From the NCBI RefSeq assembly GCF_009914755.1, contig NC_060933.1: DNA of 64,000 bases, one strand, 5' to 3'. Below the pieces are notes generated by a model. It ran no database searches. It saw nothing but the letters and a program-made list of their open reading frames with translations, and was not told the origin of the DNA. This stretch comes from the human T2T-CHM13v2.0 reference genome, Homo sapiens. Each line of letters begins with the position of its first letter. Position 1 is the stretch's first letter. A program made the translations under genes and the position numbers. This document shows, piece after piece, positions 1-13,239 of the stretch.

Positions 1-1040
1 CTGAGTAAGGACAATTTTTATGGCCATTTTATAGACCTACTCAGAACGTAGTTCCCAGGTATGGCACCCAGGAATCTACTTTTGAAAGCTCCCAAATGAT
101 TCCAATGCATCTATCCATGGAACCATTGCATTGGTTGATATGGGAGAGGTGAAGATGAGATACAGATCTGTATCTAAGCACATCTCAAGATATGATACAG
201 ACATCCTGGCCACTTGGGGCTTAGAGCTTGTATGGCTATAAGTACACAAATGCCCAACAAGCATGTAAACTACTAGGATGTCAACTCTCAAAGTCCACCA
301 CTGGTGTCTGGGTGTTGTGCGGTTTGCATGGAGATGGAAGGCAGAAATGTCTGCTCTTTGGGTTGGAGAGAACTTTGGATATTAACTTCTTGGTTTGATA
401 TTTAAAACTTCTGTTGTGTCGATAGCCCCTCCAGAATAACTGTGGAAAAAGAAAAATATTTTAAAATATTCAAACCCAAATCGTCTTTGATTTAGACTTT
501 TTCAGGTGGAGCAAAGCTTTCACATATCCTTGGGAGGAAAGAATTCAAAAACTGGATGTAAATAGAGCTGCGTTTATTGAGATAGGAGAGAGCGGATGCA
601 GTGAATGAAATGTGTGTGCAGATAGTAATGAAGTATTTACCTATAGGAGTGTGCTGTTTGTATGTGCTCTTCCACAATTTACTTGGTACTTGAAAAATGT
701 TGTCATGGCAACAGTATAACAAACAAGGTGGAATTGCGTACAGATGAATCACAACTTTATATGCCAGACAAAGAAGCGAATGTTCTATTAGGGCTGGGCT
801 TATTAAGCTTAAAAGTTACAGCAAACATTTTCATGAGGTTTTCTTATTGTTTCTCATTTTAAAAAATGAGGGAGGTGCATAGACGGTAGAAGGTGTGGGA
901 TTATATTTACAGGATTTCCATAATATTACCATGGCAGAACACAGGTCGGCTGCATCAGCTTCACCTGCTGGTGTCCCAGCCTGTTTGACAGGATGGAGCT
1001 TGAGATGGTGTCTGTTCCAAGAACATATAGTTGAGGAGTT

Positions 1041-1096
1041 TACACACACGGGCACACGGGCACATACACACGGGTACACGTGTACACACACACACA
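1041..1096. repeat. Imperfect (CA)n / CACACGGG microsatellite
   Basis: tacacacacgggcacacgggcacatacacacgggtacacgtgtacacacacacac seen directly. Confidence 0.8.
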
Positions 1097-1506
1097 GATG
1101 AACATGGCAAGAAGCTGTCATCTTATCTGGTGGAGAGAGCCAGGTATATAAAGCACTCCACCCAGGGGTGTGAGGCAGAGAGGGCTATGACCACACACGT
1201 GGTTCCAAGGACACTACGGTTGTACTTCCTGAAGGACAGGAACCCTTGAGGGAGCAAATTTGAGTGTCTTTTTTGATGCTTCGGGAATCTTTGAGTTCAA
1301 TGAAGAGAGACACCATGGGTGGGCCACATAATCATGCAGACTCATTGGTTTGGGTTATGATTATATACAATTCTTTGCTCCAAAGTGGTCCATGTCCTGG
1401 AGCTGGAGGATGATTGTTTTGCGAGCACTTTTTGGATACAATCCCCTTCCTTGATACAGAGCTGCAAGCACTGATTGGCTGCTCTTGGCTATGAGTCTTA
1501 CCTCAC

Positions 1507-1657
1507 TGATTCTTGGACTTGAGACTGTATCTGTATCACCTGGAGAGGTTTGTTAAAACACATCTTTCTGGGACTCACTCCTAGAGTTTTAAAATTTGCA
1601 TTTCTACCAAGAGTCTGGGTGAAGCTGTTGGTCTGTGGATGACACTTGGAGAGCTGC
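1507..1657 (+). mobile_element. MER5A-like hAT-Charlie MITE (internally deleted)
   Basis: atcacctggagaggtttgttaaaacaca...aatttgcatttctaccaag...gacacttggagagctgctg resembles MER5A consensus. Confidence 0.7.
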
Positions 1658-1926
1658 TGCTTTAGATGGAAACTCACCTGATAGAAAGGATGGGAATATT
1701 AGTCTTACAGTTTTCTTTCCCTTCCCACTAAGTGGCTAGGCAGAAATTCAGGGACCTCTCCAGTGGAGAAGGCTGGGACTTAATTGTTTGAAGTCAATTT
1801 GATAATAATAATAATAAAAAGAGATTAAGAAAATGACTGTCTTTCTTCAGATCCCAGGCAGTGCAGGAGGGACTGTTTTCTGGATTTTTCTGTGATTGAG
1901 AAATGTTAAGAATGGAGATGTAATAA

Positions 1927-2085
1927 TGTGCTTCTCAGAGAATTAGTCCTCCACTAGCAACACTGGCATCACAGGAAGCTTATTCAAAATGCAAAATTTC
2001 GTACCCTACCCTCGATCTGAATCAGAATTACATTTAATAAGCTCCCCAGGTGATTCATACACATGTTAAAGTTGGAGAAGCACTG
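1927..2085. mobile_element. MER5A/B-like MITE
   Basis: Termini gtgcttctc...gagaagcac; internal aaatgcaaaatt, tctgaatcagaa, ctccccaggtgattc. Confidence 0.7.
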
Positions 2086-2131
2086 CTGTAAGAGACAGGC
2101 TGCCAATTTGGCAGTCAAGATACTTGAGTTT

Positions 2132-2296
2132 AGCCAGGTGTGGTGGTGCGTGCCTGTAGTCTCAGCTACTCGGGAGGCTCAGTTGGGAGGATTGCTTGAG
2201 CTTAGGAATTTGAGGCTGCAGTGAGCCCTGAGTGTACATGAGAATAGCCATTGCACTCCAGCCTGCCAGCATAGCCAGATCTATCTCTTTAAAAAA
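2132..2296 (+). mobile_element. FAM (fossil Alu monomer)
   Basis: Single monomer retaining the 7SL-derived gaatagccattgcactccagcc segment; flanked by imperfect TSD atacttgagtt / atacctgagtt. Confidence 0.8.
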
Positions 2297-2807
2297 GAAC
2301 ATACCTGAGTTTTAGCCCAGGTCCTGCCTTTACCCAACTGTATAGCCCTTACTGGGCTTCGGGGGATGGGCTGGGGTGAGTTAGTGACCTACAAGTTTCT
2401 TGCTAGCTTTGGGGTGCTGCAATTCTGAATCATACCTTGGCAGGTCCTGACTTGCTCTGCCATTTCAGAAGGCTTCTGAAAAGTGTGGGCCCAAAGGTCT
2501 CTGAGGTCCTTGAGTTCCTTCCCTCTGCTGCCCCCACTTTACCCCACTGCAAGCTGGTGTGAACTCTTGCAGGAGGACAGCGCTATCTTGTGCCAAGGAC
2601 ATGACATCATTCCATGTACCTAAACTCAAAGGAGCCCAGTGTATAATCACTTACTATGGATGAAAGCTTGAGCAATCTGGGGAAAGTACATCCAGTCTAA
2701 TAGCACTGTCTAATAACAAAGCCCTTGTCCTGAGTAGCCTTTAGGAAAGCAGCTGGGTCAGTCTCTGAGCCTTGACTACCCCCTTAGTAAGACACATAAT
2801 TGCAATA

Positions 2808-3161
2808 CTGTCATGCACCACATAACAACATTTTAGTCACTGATAGACTACATATATGATGGTCCCATAAGATTATAATATAGTCCCATAAGATTATAAC
2901 ACCATGTGTTTACTGTACCTTTTCTATGTTTAGATACACAAATACTTACCATTGTGTTACAGTTGCCTCCAGTATGCAGTACAGTCCCATGCTGTACAGA
3001 TTTGTAGCCTAGGAGAAATAGGCTGTACCATCTAGCCTACGTGTGTAGTTGGCTATAAAATTAGGTTTGGAAAAGTGCACTCTATGATGTTGGCACATGA
3101 CAAAATTCCGTAACAATGCATTTCTTAGAATGCATGCCTTTCATTAAGCGATGCATGACTG
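2808..3161 (+). mobile_element. Tigger3a (TcMar-Tigger non-autonomous element)
   Basis: Termini gtcatgca...tgcatgac; internal gtcccataagattataat and tagatacacaaatacttaccattgtgttac match Tigger3a; small internal 21-bp duplication at 2861-2900. Confidence 0.85.
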
Positions 3162-4309
3162 TGCTAACTTTTCATGCAGAAACAGCCTCCAAACTAGTAA
3201 AAGGCTGTCTTTAGGGTGTTTGAAGTATTTGTGTTTTTGCTGTATCGAAGCATTAAAATAGAACCATATGCATTTTCAGATTTGGAACATGAATTAATTA
3301 ATATAAAATGGGCAGGAAAGATGTCTGGTGACTCAAATTAAGAAGAACCTCATATGGAAATGTTCAATCTGCTCTATAGGATAAACTATTTTTAAAGACT
3401 TCAGACACGTCAGTTTTCATATAAAGCATATTTTCTTAAGGTCAGCTCTGTGGATGGTGCACTTGCCCTAGTTCAGTGCTCACAGGATTGCATTTTGTAT
3501 TCCTTAAGTAGTCCATCATCCTGACTTTTTATTAATTTAAGCTCATTTTCTCCCAAATCTGCCCAAATGAATTAAACATTGTGTGTGTGTGACCATGAGA
3601 TATTCTTTCTTGCTGCTGGAGGAATTTGATTATTGGATGAATTTCTTTTGGCTGTTGTTGAGAGAAACTTGTGGCCCCTTTTGATTTGGTCGAATGTTGG
3701 CAAAAGGTGATTTGGACAAACGACATGATAATGCAAGGCCTAACACTTTCACTTCCCTTATGAGTGGTCTCTTTCCCGTTCTTTTGTCCCCTGGCACTTT
3801 GGTTTCGTTTCTATTGTCTAAAGGTCTTTGCTTGCAATTTCTTGACTTGCATTCATTGCCAGGCAGGCGTGAGGTACACTGGAGCAATTTTCTGGGAGAA
3901 ATGCCAGCTTGGAATGGAGGCAGAGCCTTGATGTTTGTTGAGGGAAGAAAGGCTGCAAAAACAATAAAGCTGGGTTTTCTATGAACTGGCTCAGGGTCAG
4001 AGGGTAAAGGAAAACATATCCTTGGTAGAAATCCTTATACCCTGGAGCCTCAGTGGTTTGTCTACAAAGCCATCTGTTGAGATGGGAGTAGGAATTATGA
4101 GACGGGAGCCAGCTCTACAGCCCGAATCCTTACCGCGTTGTTTTGATTCTGTCGGGGGAGCAGCTACTTCTGTTAAAAGAATGTCAGATTCTAAGTGTGT
4201 TGGAAAGGGGATTTTTGTTGCCTTCTCTTTTTATGTAAGCATGGTGTGTATGTCTTTCTTTTAAAGGAAACTAGAGTAGTCTTGCATAAAAGCTTGGAGG
4301 GTTTGCAAA

Positions 4310-4640
4310 ATCTATGGCAGCTTTGCTTGGAATAGCACGACTCTGGAAACAACTCAAATACACATCAATATGGAATTGCTTACATAAATTACGATACATC
4401 CATACTGGGAAATACATAGCCTTAAAAAAGCATTGAATAATCAAAACCCAATGCAAGCCATCCCTTTCTATATTGAGAGGGTATAATCTCCACAATACAA
4501 ACTTGAGGGTAAAAATACAAGGTAAGACACACAAGATGTTAAGAACATTCAGCGTGTGTGTGGTGCAAGCATTTGGAAGTGGGGGCAGAATGTGTGTGAT
4601 TACTTGAATACATGTGTATACACATGTGTATAGGCATAGA
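4310..4640 (+). mobile_element. Old L1M 3' fragment
   Basis: ctggaaacaactcaaat...ataaattacgatacatccatac resembles the L1M 3' end. Confidence 0.55.
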
Positions 4641-4849
4641 AATATCTAGAAGGGTGACAAAGAGCCTGGTAGCGCTGGTTTCCTCCATGGGAAAGCTAGG
4701 CTTGGGACCTTGAGAGACGGAATTTCCAGGGATACCTTTCTGGTTCTCTTTGAAACTTTTTTACTTTGTGAGTCAAACAGCCAACCAACAACCAAATTCA
4801 GAGGTAAGCAAATACTTAAGCACCAGGGGAGGAATGATGGGCAGCATGG

Positions 4850-5500
4850 TTGCGGGGTGCATCCGGGGGTCTGGAGAGGGGGTGCGCCCCAGCCGGCTGC
4901 AGCCCCGGTCGATTTTATGGCTGCAAAGGAGCCGCAGACACCTGCCGTCTCCACGCCCTCCACGCCGGTCCGCCCCCAGCACTCTGCACCCTACACCTGG
5001 CTCCCCAGGCAAAGCGGCCCCGCCAGGACGGGCACGGCTTCGCGTCCTCGCTCAAGTCCCCGATGATGGCCGCGTCCCGGCAGGCACGGTGCGAATTGAC
5101 TGGGGTTTGGGGGAAACGAAAGCCCCGAAGGGGCCTTCTCTGCCAAATGTCTTCTTCCGTCGGCTCGATGGCAGCCCCCAAGCCTTTCATTTTCAATGTA
5201 TGAAAACACTGGGGTGGATTTAGCTTTTCCTTTGGGAAACAAACAAACAAAAAAGAACACAAAGAGCGTGTGTGCGGGTCTTCTTTCAAAATAGTGGGGC
5301 ATTTGAAACCCGCGCTGCAGCTGCGGGCGCTGCTTCAATCGCAAGCGTTTTGTTTTCTGAAAGCGCTTTAAAAGATGCTGAAGAGGAAGAGAGCGAGCGC
5401 CCTGCGCATTTTCGGAAACGGAAGATTTTGAAAGCCTGTATTTATCCGCCCTTCGCAAAAAATCAGCTTCTCTAGGGCGAGCCTTTCCAACCTTTTCCGT
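4850..5500. promoter_or_regulatory. Small CpG island (candidate promoter or enhancer)
   Basis: Abrupt rise in GC and CpG density in non-repeat sequence; GC boxes (ccgccc near 4970 and 5447) and ETS-like cggaag near 5419. Confidence 0.7.
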
Positions 5501-5727
5501 CAGGGCACACAGAAAATGACCTGATTTCAAGAGCATTTGGGGTAAAACTGGAGGGGATTTCAGAGCGTCTCTGTGAGGTTTATTTAAAAATTAAATGCAG
5601 TTTTTAATGTTATAGAATTATAAGAAAATATGTATGAAGTATTAGAAGAAATTGTATGTGTTTTAAACTTCCAAATAAAATCTGCTCAAAATTTTAAATG
5701 AGAAAATTGAGCTTGTTTCCACGAATG

Positions 5728-6170
5728 TAACTTTTATTATGGAAAAATTTCAAACAGATACAAATAAAGAGAATGGCATAATGACCAGCTCGCCTCTTGC
5801 GCATAGCCAGGACCCAGATTAAACGGCTATCCACATTTGCCTTTCAGATTTCATCTACCTCATCCTCCTTTTTTTTTTTCCTAGAATATTTAAAAGCACA
5901 TCCCAGGAATCACTTCATTTCATCTGAAAACACTAAAATGCAAATCTCTAACAGATAGGACTTTAAAAATAACCAAAATACCATTCTCAGTTCCAATAAA
6001 TTAAAAATAATTTCTCAGTATTATCTGGCATCCAGTTCATGTTCAATTTTTTTCATTTGCCTCAATAAAATGTCTTTTACTGTTGATCCGTTTGGGTCAA
6101 TTCAAGATCAAAACAAAGTTTTCGATCGATTGGTATGTCTTTCAAATCTTCTTGAATCTATAACATGAAT
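5728..6170 (-). mobile_element. L1MC4/5-like 3' fragment
   Basis: ttttattatggaaaaatttcaaacagataca...taatttctcagtattatctggcatccagttcatgttcaa typical of an L1MC 3' UTR in antisense. Confidence 0.6.
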
Positions 6171-6255
6171 ATAACTTTTTAAATGTATACTAATTTATAT
6201 ATTATACTGTGCCTGTTTTTAAAAATAGCTTTATTGAGATGTAATTCACATACTC

Positions 6256-6697
6256 TTGCAGGCTGAAAAATGATCCCTCCACTCCCTAAGATATCAGATT
6301 CCAATCCCTGGAACCTGTGACTATTACCTTATATGGAAATAGGGTTTTTACAGCATAATAAAGTTAAGAATCTTGAGATGGGAATATTATCCTGTATTAC
6401 AAGAGTAAGCCCTAAGTGCAGTCACCTGTGTCCTTCAAGAGGGAGATTTGATACACACTGAAGGCTTTGTGAAGACGGAGCTGAGAGATTGGAAGATGCT
6501 GTCTGATTGGAATGACACAGCTATAAGCCTGGAATTGACAGCAGACACCAGAAGGTGGAAGAGGCGGGAGGGGCCCTGCCAGCACCTTGATGCTGCCGTG
6601 GGGCTTCTGGCCTCCAGAACTGTGAGAGAATAAATTTTTGTTGTTTTAAGCAATCACGTTTGTGGTAAATTGTTGCAGTAGCCACAGAAAACGAATA
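6256..6697 (+). mobile_element. MLT1C/D solo LTR (ERVL-MaLR)
   Basis: atccctggaacctgtga...cttctggcctccagaactgtgagagaataaattt...gaaaacgaatac. Confidence 0.85.
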
Positions 6698-6741
6698 CCC
6701 CCACCATACAACTCACTCATTTAAAGTATACAATTTAATGA

Positions 6742-6872
6742 TTTTTGTTTGTTTGTTTGCTTTTGAGATAGAGTCTTACTCTGCGGCCCAGGCTGGAGTG
6801 CAGTAGCGTGATCTCGGCTCACTGCAAATTCTGCTACCCAGGTTCAAGCGATTCTCCTGCCTCAGTCTCCTG
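6742..6872 (-). mobile_element. 5'-truncated Alu (right-arm fragment)
   Basis: Alu right arm with T-rich tail; TSD aatttaatgattttt / aatttaatggttttt. Confidence 0.85.
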
Positions 6873-8014
6873 AATTTAATGGTTTTTAGTATATTCACAG
6901 TTATGTGTCCATCACCACAGTCAATTTTAGAACACTTTATCACCCCGGAAAGAAAAATTGTATCTATTGGCAATCACTCACATTCCCTCCATCCCCCAGC
7001 CCTGGGCAACTACTAGTCTCCTTTCTGTTTCTTCAGATTTGCCTATTCTGGACATTTTACATAAACGGAATAATACAATACATGGTCTCTTGTGTCTGGC
7101 TTCTTAGTGTAATGTTGTCAAGGTTCATCCATGTTGTAGCATGTATCTGTACCTCATTCATTTTTATTGCTGAATAAGAACATAGCTGTAATATTAATTT
7201 ATAATCTTAAAATATCTGTGAGGAAATCCTGATGAAGATTTTTTTTTATGGCAATCTTTTCAAGGTGTCAGTAGTCACTATTTATACTTTGCACAAGCCA
7301 GGGATTTAAAATGTTTAATTTATTTAAATCTAATGGTTTAATGTTTAAACCATTCTAAAATTTACAATTAAAATTTTATTTAAGGAATCTAACAGCTCAT
7401 TCTTTGCTTTCATTGACAAATATGTTACTGGAATTTCTTGTGGTAGTGTGAATGGATTTCAAGTCTGATAGAAATTTTTCATAGCAAGTTTTTCAAGATA
7501 ATGATGAAGCTCTGTTAGTGCTCAGGCACCATGAGGAAGAGGGCACGGGAGCCAAAAATGGGTAGAAGTATAGGGCAATGTGAAGACAAAGCCTGGGGCC
7601 ATACCTGACGGGTGTGCCAGCAGCCTCAGCTTAGCCTTCCCAGACCTGCCGCCTATTCCCCAGCGGCTGCAGCAGCCCCTGCCCCTGGGGACAGAGGTGT
7701 GCTGTAAGGGGCTGCTGAGCCAGGTGAGAGGGCATCTCTTTGGTTTCTCACATCCTATTACAATGGGACAAGAAGTCTGCGTGTCTCTGTGTCATTCATT
7801 GTACTTCCCCCACCAGGGCCCACTTCCCTGGGGCTGCCCTTTGAGAAACACTAGACTAGGTGCCCCAAGTTGGAGGTGGCCAGCAGCACCCTGTGACACG
7901 GTCGTGGCTCCCACTGTGGCACACTCATTGTAAAGCTCTGCTCTAGGTTGGCCACAAGCATTTGGGGCCTGTGTGTGTGGGAAATGGCAGGAGGGCACAG
8001 AGAGTTAATTTCAT

Positions 8015-8495
8015 ATGGCTACTTTCTATGGACCAGTGACTGCTGTGGGCCTATTTCCCTCCTTTCTGAACATTGGTGTCTGTTGTGGTTATCTTTCCTT
8101 GCAGCAACATTGTAAGTTGGGAGTTTGGGAAGCAGATAACTTGTCATGTAGATCATAGTTCTAATGAGCAAAACTGTACTCAAGGAGTTGCACCTGAGCA
8201 GTTCTGCCTTCATTGGGGCTCAGGCGATGAGGTCATGGACTTTGAGTTGATGCTATAATGAGATGAGATTTTGGAGATCTTTGAAGGGGGTTAGTGTATT
8301 TGACTTTTGGCAGGGATGCAAATTATTGTGGCTAGATGGCAGAATGTCTGAAAAGTAGTTACCATCAATTCCTTCCCTCTCTGTGTATTCATGCCATCCC
8401 TCCATTAGGAGACAGATTCGTTTCCTCTCTGCCCCCTTGAATCTGGGCTGCTCTATGAATGCTTTGACCAATACAGTACAGCGGAAGTGATGCTC
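8015..8495 (+). mobile_element. MLT1 internal 3' end plus start of an MLT1G/H-like LTR
   Basis: ggactttgagttgatgctataatg...gtgtatttg (MLT-int end), then caattccttccctc...ccccttgaatctgggctg...tgctttgacc. Confidence 0.6.
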
Positions 8496-8571
8496 TAAAA
8501 TTTATGTAAGAATTCAACAACTTAGAATATCCAAAACAATCTTGTAAAAGAAAAAATAAGTTAGAGGACTT

Positions 8572-8870
8572 GTCCAAGTGCAGTGGCTCATGCCTGTAAT
8601 CCCAACACTTTGGGAGGCTGAGGTGGGCAGACAGCTTGAGCCCAGGAGTTTGAGACCAGCCTGGGCAAAATAGTGAGACCCTATCTCTACAGAAAATTAA
8701 AAAAAAAAATTAGCCAGGTGTGGTGGCATATGCCTTTAGTCCCAGCTACTCAGGAGGCTGAGGTGGGAAGATTGCTTGAGCCCAGGTGTTCGAGGCTTCA
8801 ATGAGGCAAGATTGCACCACTGCAGTCCAGCGTGGGTGAAAAAATGAGACCCTGTCTCAAAAAAAAAAAA
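8572..8870 (+). mobile_element. AluJ
   Basis: Full dimer with gcttgagcccaggag J-type motifs; TSD aagttagagg / aagttagaag. Confidence 0.9.
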
Positions 8871-9850
8871 AAGTTAGAAGTCTCACATTACCAGATTTCA
8901 AAGTATTCTCTAACTTTGTAATTAAGTGTGATATTGGTGTAAGAATACACATATGAATCAATGTAACAGAATAGAGTTTAGAAATAGACCCATGCGTATG
9001 TGGCTAATTGAGCTTTACAAAGGTGCCAAGGTAATTCAGTAGAGAAAGAATAATCTTCTCACAAATGATGTTGGAACAACAGGATAAATATATGAAAATA
9101 TGAATATTAATCCCTATCTCATACCACACACAAAAATTAGTTCAAGATGGATCAGAGACTAAGTGGAAAAACTACAACTATGAAGTTTTCATGAAATAAA
9201 AATAAAGTCTTCTCAAACTTGGGTAGGTAAACATTTCTTGGAGAAGACACAGAAATCACCAAACATAAAAAAAATTGATGTATTGGACGTCGTGAAAATT
9301 TTACAAATTCTGCTTATCAAAAGTACCATTAAGAAAATGAAAGGCAAGCCACATATGGTGGATGTGGGGGTGGAGACATATCTGAGAAAGGACATTTATC
9401 CACATATATTAAAAATTTCTACAAATCCGTAACAAAATAAAAACCATGTAATAAAAAAAATAGGCAAAAGACATGAACAGACACTCTGTAAACAAACTAA
9501 TAAGAATGGCCACTAAGCATATGAAAGGTGTTCAACGTTATCAGTCATCAGGAAATGCAAATTAAAAATCACAGTGAGTGACCACATTTTAAAAGTAGCT
9601 AAAATTAGTCAGACAACACAAACGTTGGCAAATATGTGGAGCAACTGGAATTCTCATAATTTGCAGGTGGGAACAGGGTGTGTTATTAATGACTTTGGAA
9701 AGCCTTTTGTCTGCCTGTTTAAAAAAGTTATACATACACCTACCTATGAGCCAGCAACTCTACTCCTAGATATTTACCCAAGAGAAATAAAATAATACAT
9801 CTATAGCAAGACTATATAAGAAATTTGTATAAGAAATTTATGGCAGGAAA

Positions 9851-10140
9851 GGCTGGGTGCTCACGCCTGTAATCCCAGCACTTTGGGAGGCTGAGGCAGG
9901 TGGATCACCTGACGTCAGGAGTTTGAGACCAGAATGACCAACATGGTGAAACCTCGTCTCTGCTAAAAATACAAAAATTAGCCTAGCGTGGTAGTGGGCA
10001 CCTGTAATCCCAGCTACATGGGAGGCTGAGGTAGGAGAATTGCTTGAACCTGGGAACAGAGGTTGCAGTGTGCTGAGACTACACCATTGCACTGCAGCCT
10101 GGGCAACAAGAGCGAAACTCTGTCTCAAAAGAAAAACAAA
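9851..10140 (+). mobile_element. AluS
   Basis: Full dimer; TSD tttatggcag on both sides. Confidence 0.9.
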
Positions 10141-10744
10141 GAATATTTATGGCAGCTTTATGAATAATTGCCAAAATCTGAAGACAACCTGCATAACTGT
10201 CAATAAGAGAATGAATTAACAAATTGTGGTTTAGTTTTATAATGGAATATGGCTCAGCAACAAAAAGAGCAAATTACTGATATATATAACAACATGGATA
10301 GGTCTCAAGCACATTATACTGAAGGAGGAAGCTAGGAACAAAGGGCACATCCTGCATGATTCCACTTTATAAAGTTAACGTAGAGGCAACACTAAGCTAC
10401 GATGATAAAAGTCACAACAGTGGGTGCCCTGAGAGTGGGGCAGGGAATGACTGGGAAGCAGATGCAGGAACTTTCTGGGGTAATCAAAACAGCACACTGT
10501 ACTCCTTGAATATATATAATTTTTATTTGTTAAGCAAGCCTCAATAAAACTGGAAAAAAGATAACTTTCTGGGGTAATGCAAATTTTTTTTTATCTTGAT
10601 GGTGGATTGCACAGGTGTGTACATTTAGCAAAACGCATTCAATTATCAATTTAAGATACGTGCATTTTCCTCAATATACATTTTGCCTCAATTAAAAAAG
10701 TTGCAACTATAGAGAAGCTACATGGATGAGTGTTTCCTAGGTCT

Positions 10745-11048
10745 CATCATTCAGGCCTTAGTTCAAATGTCACTTCCTCAGAAAAACCTGCCCTGACCAG
10801 CTATGATTGTCCTTGCTGCTTAGGCTGTATCACAGAACCCACTTTTATTTTCATCATAGTGCTTATCTGTATCCAAAAGCATAATTTAAAAGCCAATTAA
10901 GCAATTATTTGATTAATTGCCCCATCACCTCTGACTACAGTGTAACTTCTGTGAACACAGGAGCTATGTCTATTTTGTTCACTGCTCTATCTCCAATACC
11001 TGACACCAAGGATTTGCTCAATAAACATTTGTTGCTATTGAATGAATA
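10745..11048 (+). mobile_element. L2 3' fragment
   Basis: caaatgtcacttcctcaga...ttgttcactgctctatctcca...ctcaataaacatttgttg. Confidence 0.75.
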
Positions 11049-12579
11049 ATGGATACAAGGGCAGACAAATCTGACCAATAGAGATTAAGTTCCTTCTATT
11101 TGGAAAACATGGGATGGGGATCATACGAGGGGGCTCACCATCATCAGAGGAACTGGCGGTCAGTTCTATTCCTTGAATAAATGTATGCTAGGTGCCTCCT
11201 GTGTGCTGAGTGCTGGACTGAAGCCAGACACACCCAGATAAATAAAACCGGATTATTAGTGGTATTGAGATGGGTGTTGAATGAAAAACGGACAGGCTGG
11301 CTACTAGAAATAGGGCAGGCTCTTTGGATTCCCCACATGCTTTTGAACATCTATTTTTAGGTCCACTGAGTTTTTTTTCCCAAATGTAGTAACTTCCTGT
11401 TAAAGCTTTTGAGCAAAAGACTGCGACAACCAAATCAGGGACCTAGGACTGGCAACAAAAGGACTAGTTAGGACCTGAGCCGTGTGGGGTGATGAGGGCC
11501 TGAGCAGTGGGAAGGAAGAAGAAAAGATGGATGAAAGAGATACTCTGCCCACAATAGTAGCTTTTATTGCATATTCCCTGTGAGAGATGTCAGGCCTTGG
11601 CCATTAAATTTTGTTTTTCTTAAGAAGCATTCTTTTATAATTGTTTTGTAAGATTTAGGGGATTGCCTTGCAATTCGTGCTTGGGGAAGAATTTTAGGCA
11701 AATGTTTTCAAATGGTACTCATTAATTGCTTCCAAAAGTCTATTGAGTAGGCCTTTATCTGGAAAATGCCTTCCTTGGCCCTCACAGTCATCCTTCCCCA
11801 GAAACCAGAATTTATCCCTTTTAGATGGTCACAATCACTAGCCTTCTCCCTCAGCATTTCCTTGTCAATGATAGTTTACACATTTCCTTCCCAGGAGACC
11901 TTCGGGACATAAATAGACACAAACCAGCTTGGGCAGCATTGTGAACAACCCTTTCAGGAAGTAAGAAAACAACTGGTCTCCGAGTCCATAAAGGAAGCAG
12001 ATTTACATTTCAACAGGGACAGCATAGGCTTGACATAAATGACAACTGTCTAATTCTAGAAGATTTCCTTAATTGGGCCTAAAAAAGAGCAGATGGGGCA
12101 GCTATGTATGGAATGATTTGGGTATATTTCTGGCTGGAAACAGAGAAGAGATTTATGACTTCTTTATTTTTTTAAAGTTTATTTATTTTTGGATCATGAA
12201 AGCAGTACTTGTCATTGTTTCAAACTCAGAAAATAAAAAGTGGCACCTAGATAATATGACTCAGAATCCCACTACCCAGACATAGCCACTACTAGTGGTT
12301 TGATGTAGTTGTTTTCAAGTAATATAGCTGGTGTATTCATAGTTTTGCGTCTTGATTTCTTTCATTTAGCATCTTCCTGCATTGTTAAATATCCCCCCCC
12401 AAGATCATTTTTAATGGCTGTATAATAATCTAAGAATATATCATAATTACATTCTGTGTCCTTATCTATGTCAATATAGGTTGTTTACAATTTCTCAACA
12501 CTATAAAGAAGAGCTGAAAAGAGCTTTGCATATAAATGTTTCTCCACATTCCTGATTGCTTCCTTGGAAGAGATTTCTT

Positions 12580-12757
12580 TAGAGCAGCTCTTGCTATGGT
12601 GTGACACCTTAGCCACCTCCACCATAACCAGGCATTAATGCACATCAGGGTCCTAACCCAGACCTGCACTATCTGAATCTCTGTAGTCAGGGGCCAAAAA
12701 TCTGCCTTGGAAAAAGAGCTCCTGAGATTTATAGGCACACTAAAGGTTGAGTTTCAT
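12580..12757. mobile_element. MER5-like MITE
   Basis: cccagacc...tctgaatctctg...ggccaaaaatctgc...gcacactaaaggttgag. Confidence 0.55.
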
Positions 12758-12818
12758 AATTCTAGGAGAAATTACTGGATAGTTTTACTTTCTAACTGTA
12801 TTGGTATTTCTAAATGCA

Positions 12819-13140
<322 letters not shown>

Positions 13141-13239
13141 CAATATATGAGGGTGCTCAACCCATCAAACTCTTGCAAAACAACTTTGCTAGTTTGATGG
13201 TTGAAAAGTGATGGCTTCATGGAATTAAAAACAATTAAT

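Larger units (their letters stand above)
6220..7177 (-). mobile_element. L1MB 3' end, interrupted by an MLT1 LTR and a truncated Alu
   Basis: agctttattgagatgtaattcacatac | catacaactcactcatttaaagtatac | gtttttagtatattcacag...ggttcatccatgttgtagcatgtatc form one continuous L1MB 3' UTR. Confidence 0.8.
8500..10700 (+). mobile_element. Old L1M (ORF2 3' part and 3' UTR), interrupted by two Alus
   Basis: ccaaaacaatcttg, ttaccagatttcaa, aaaggtgccaagg, gaaatgcaaattaaaa, tatttacccaagagaaat. Confidence 0.8.

Noticed and set aside
2132-2296. 7SL RNA gene or pseudogene
   Set aside because: Lacks most of the S domain; matches a FAM monomer with a TSD.
4646-5536. Several overlapping 100-180 aa ORFs on both strands
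   Set aside because: Expected stop-codon depletion in a GC-rich island; no homology recognised.
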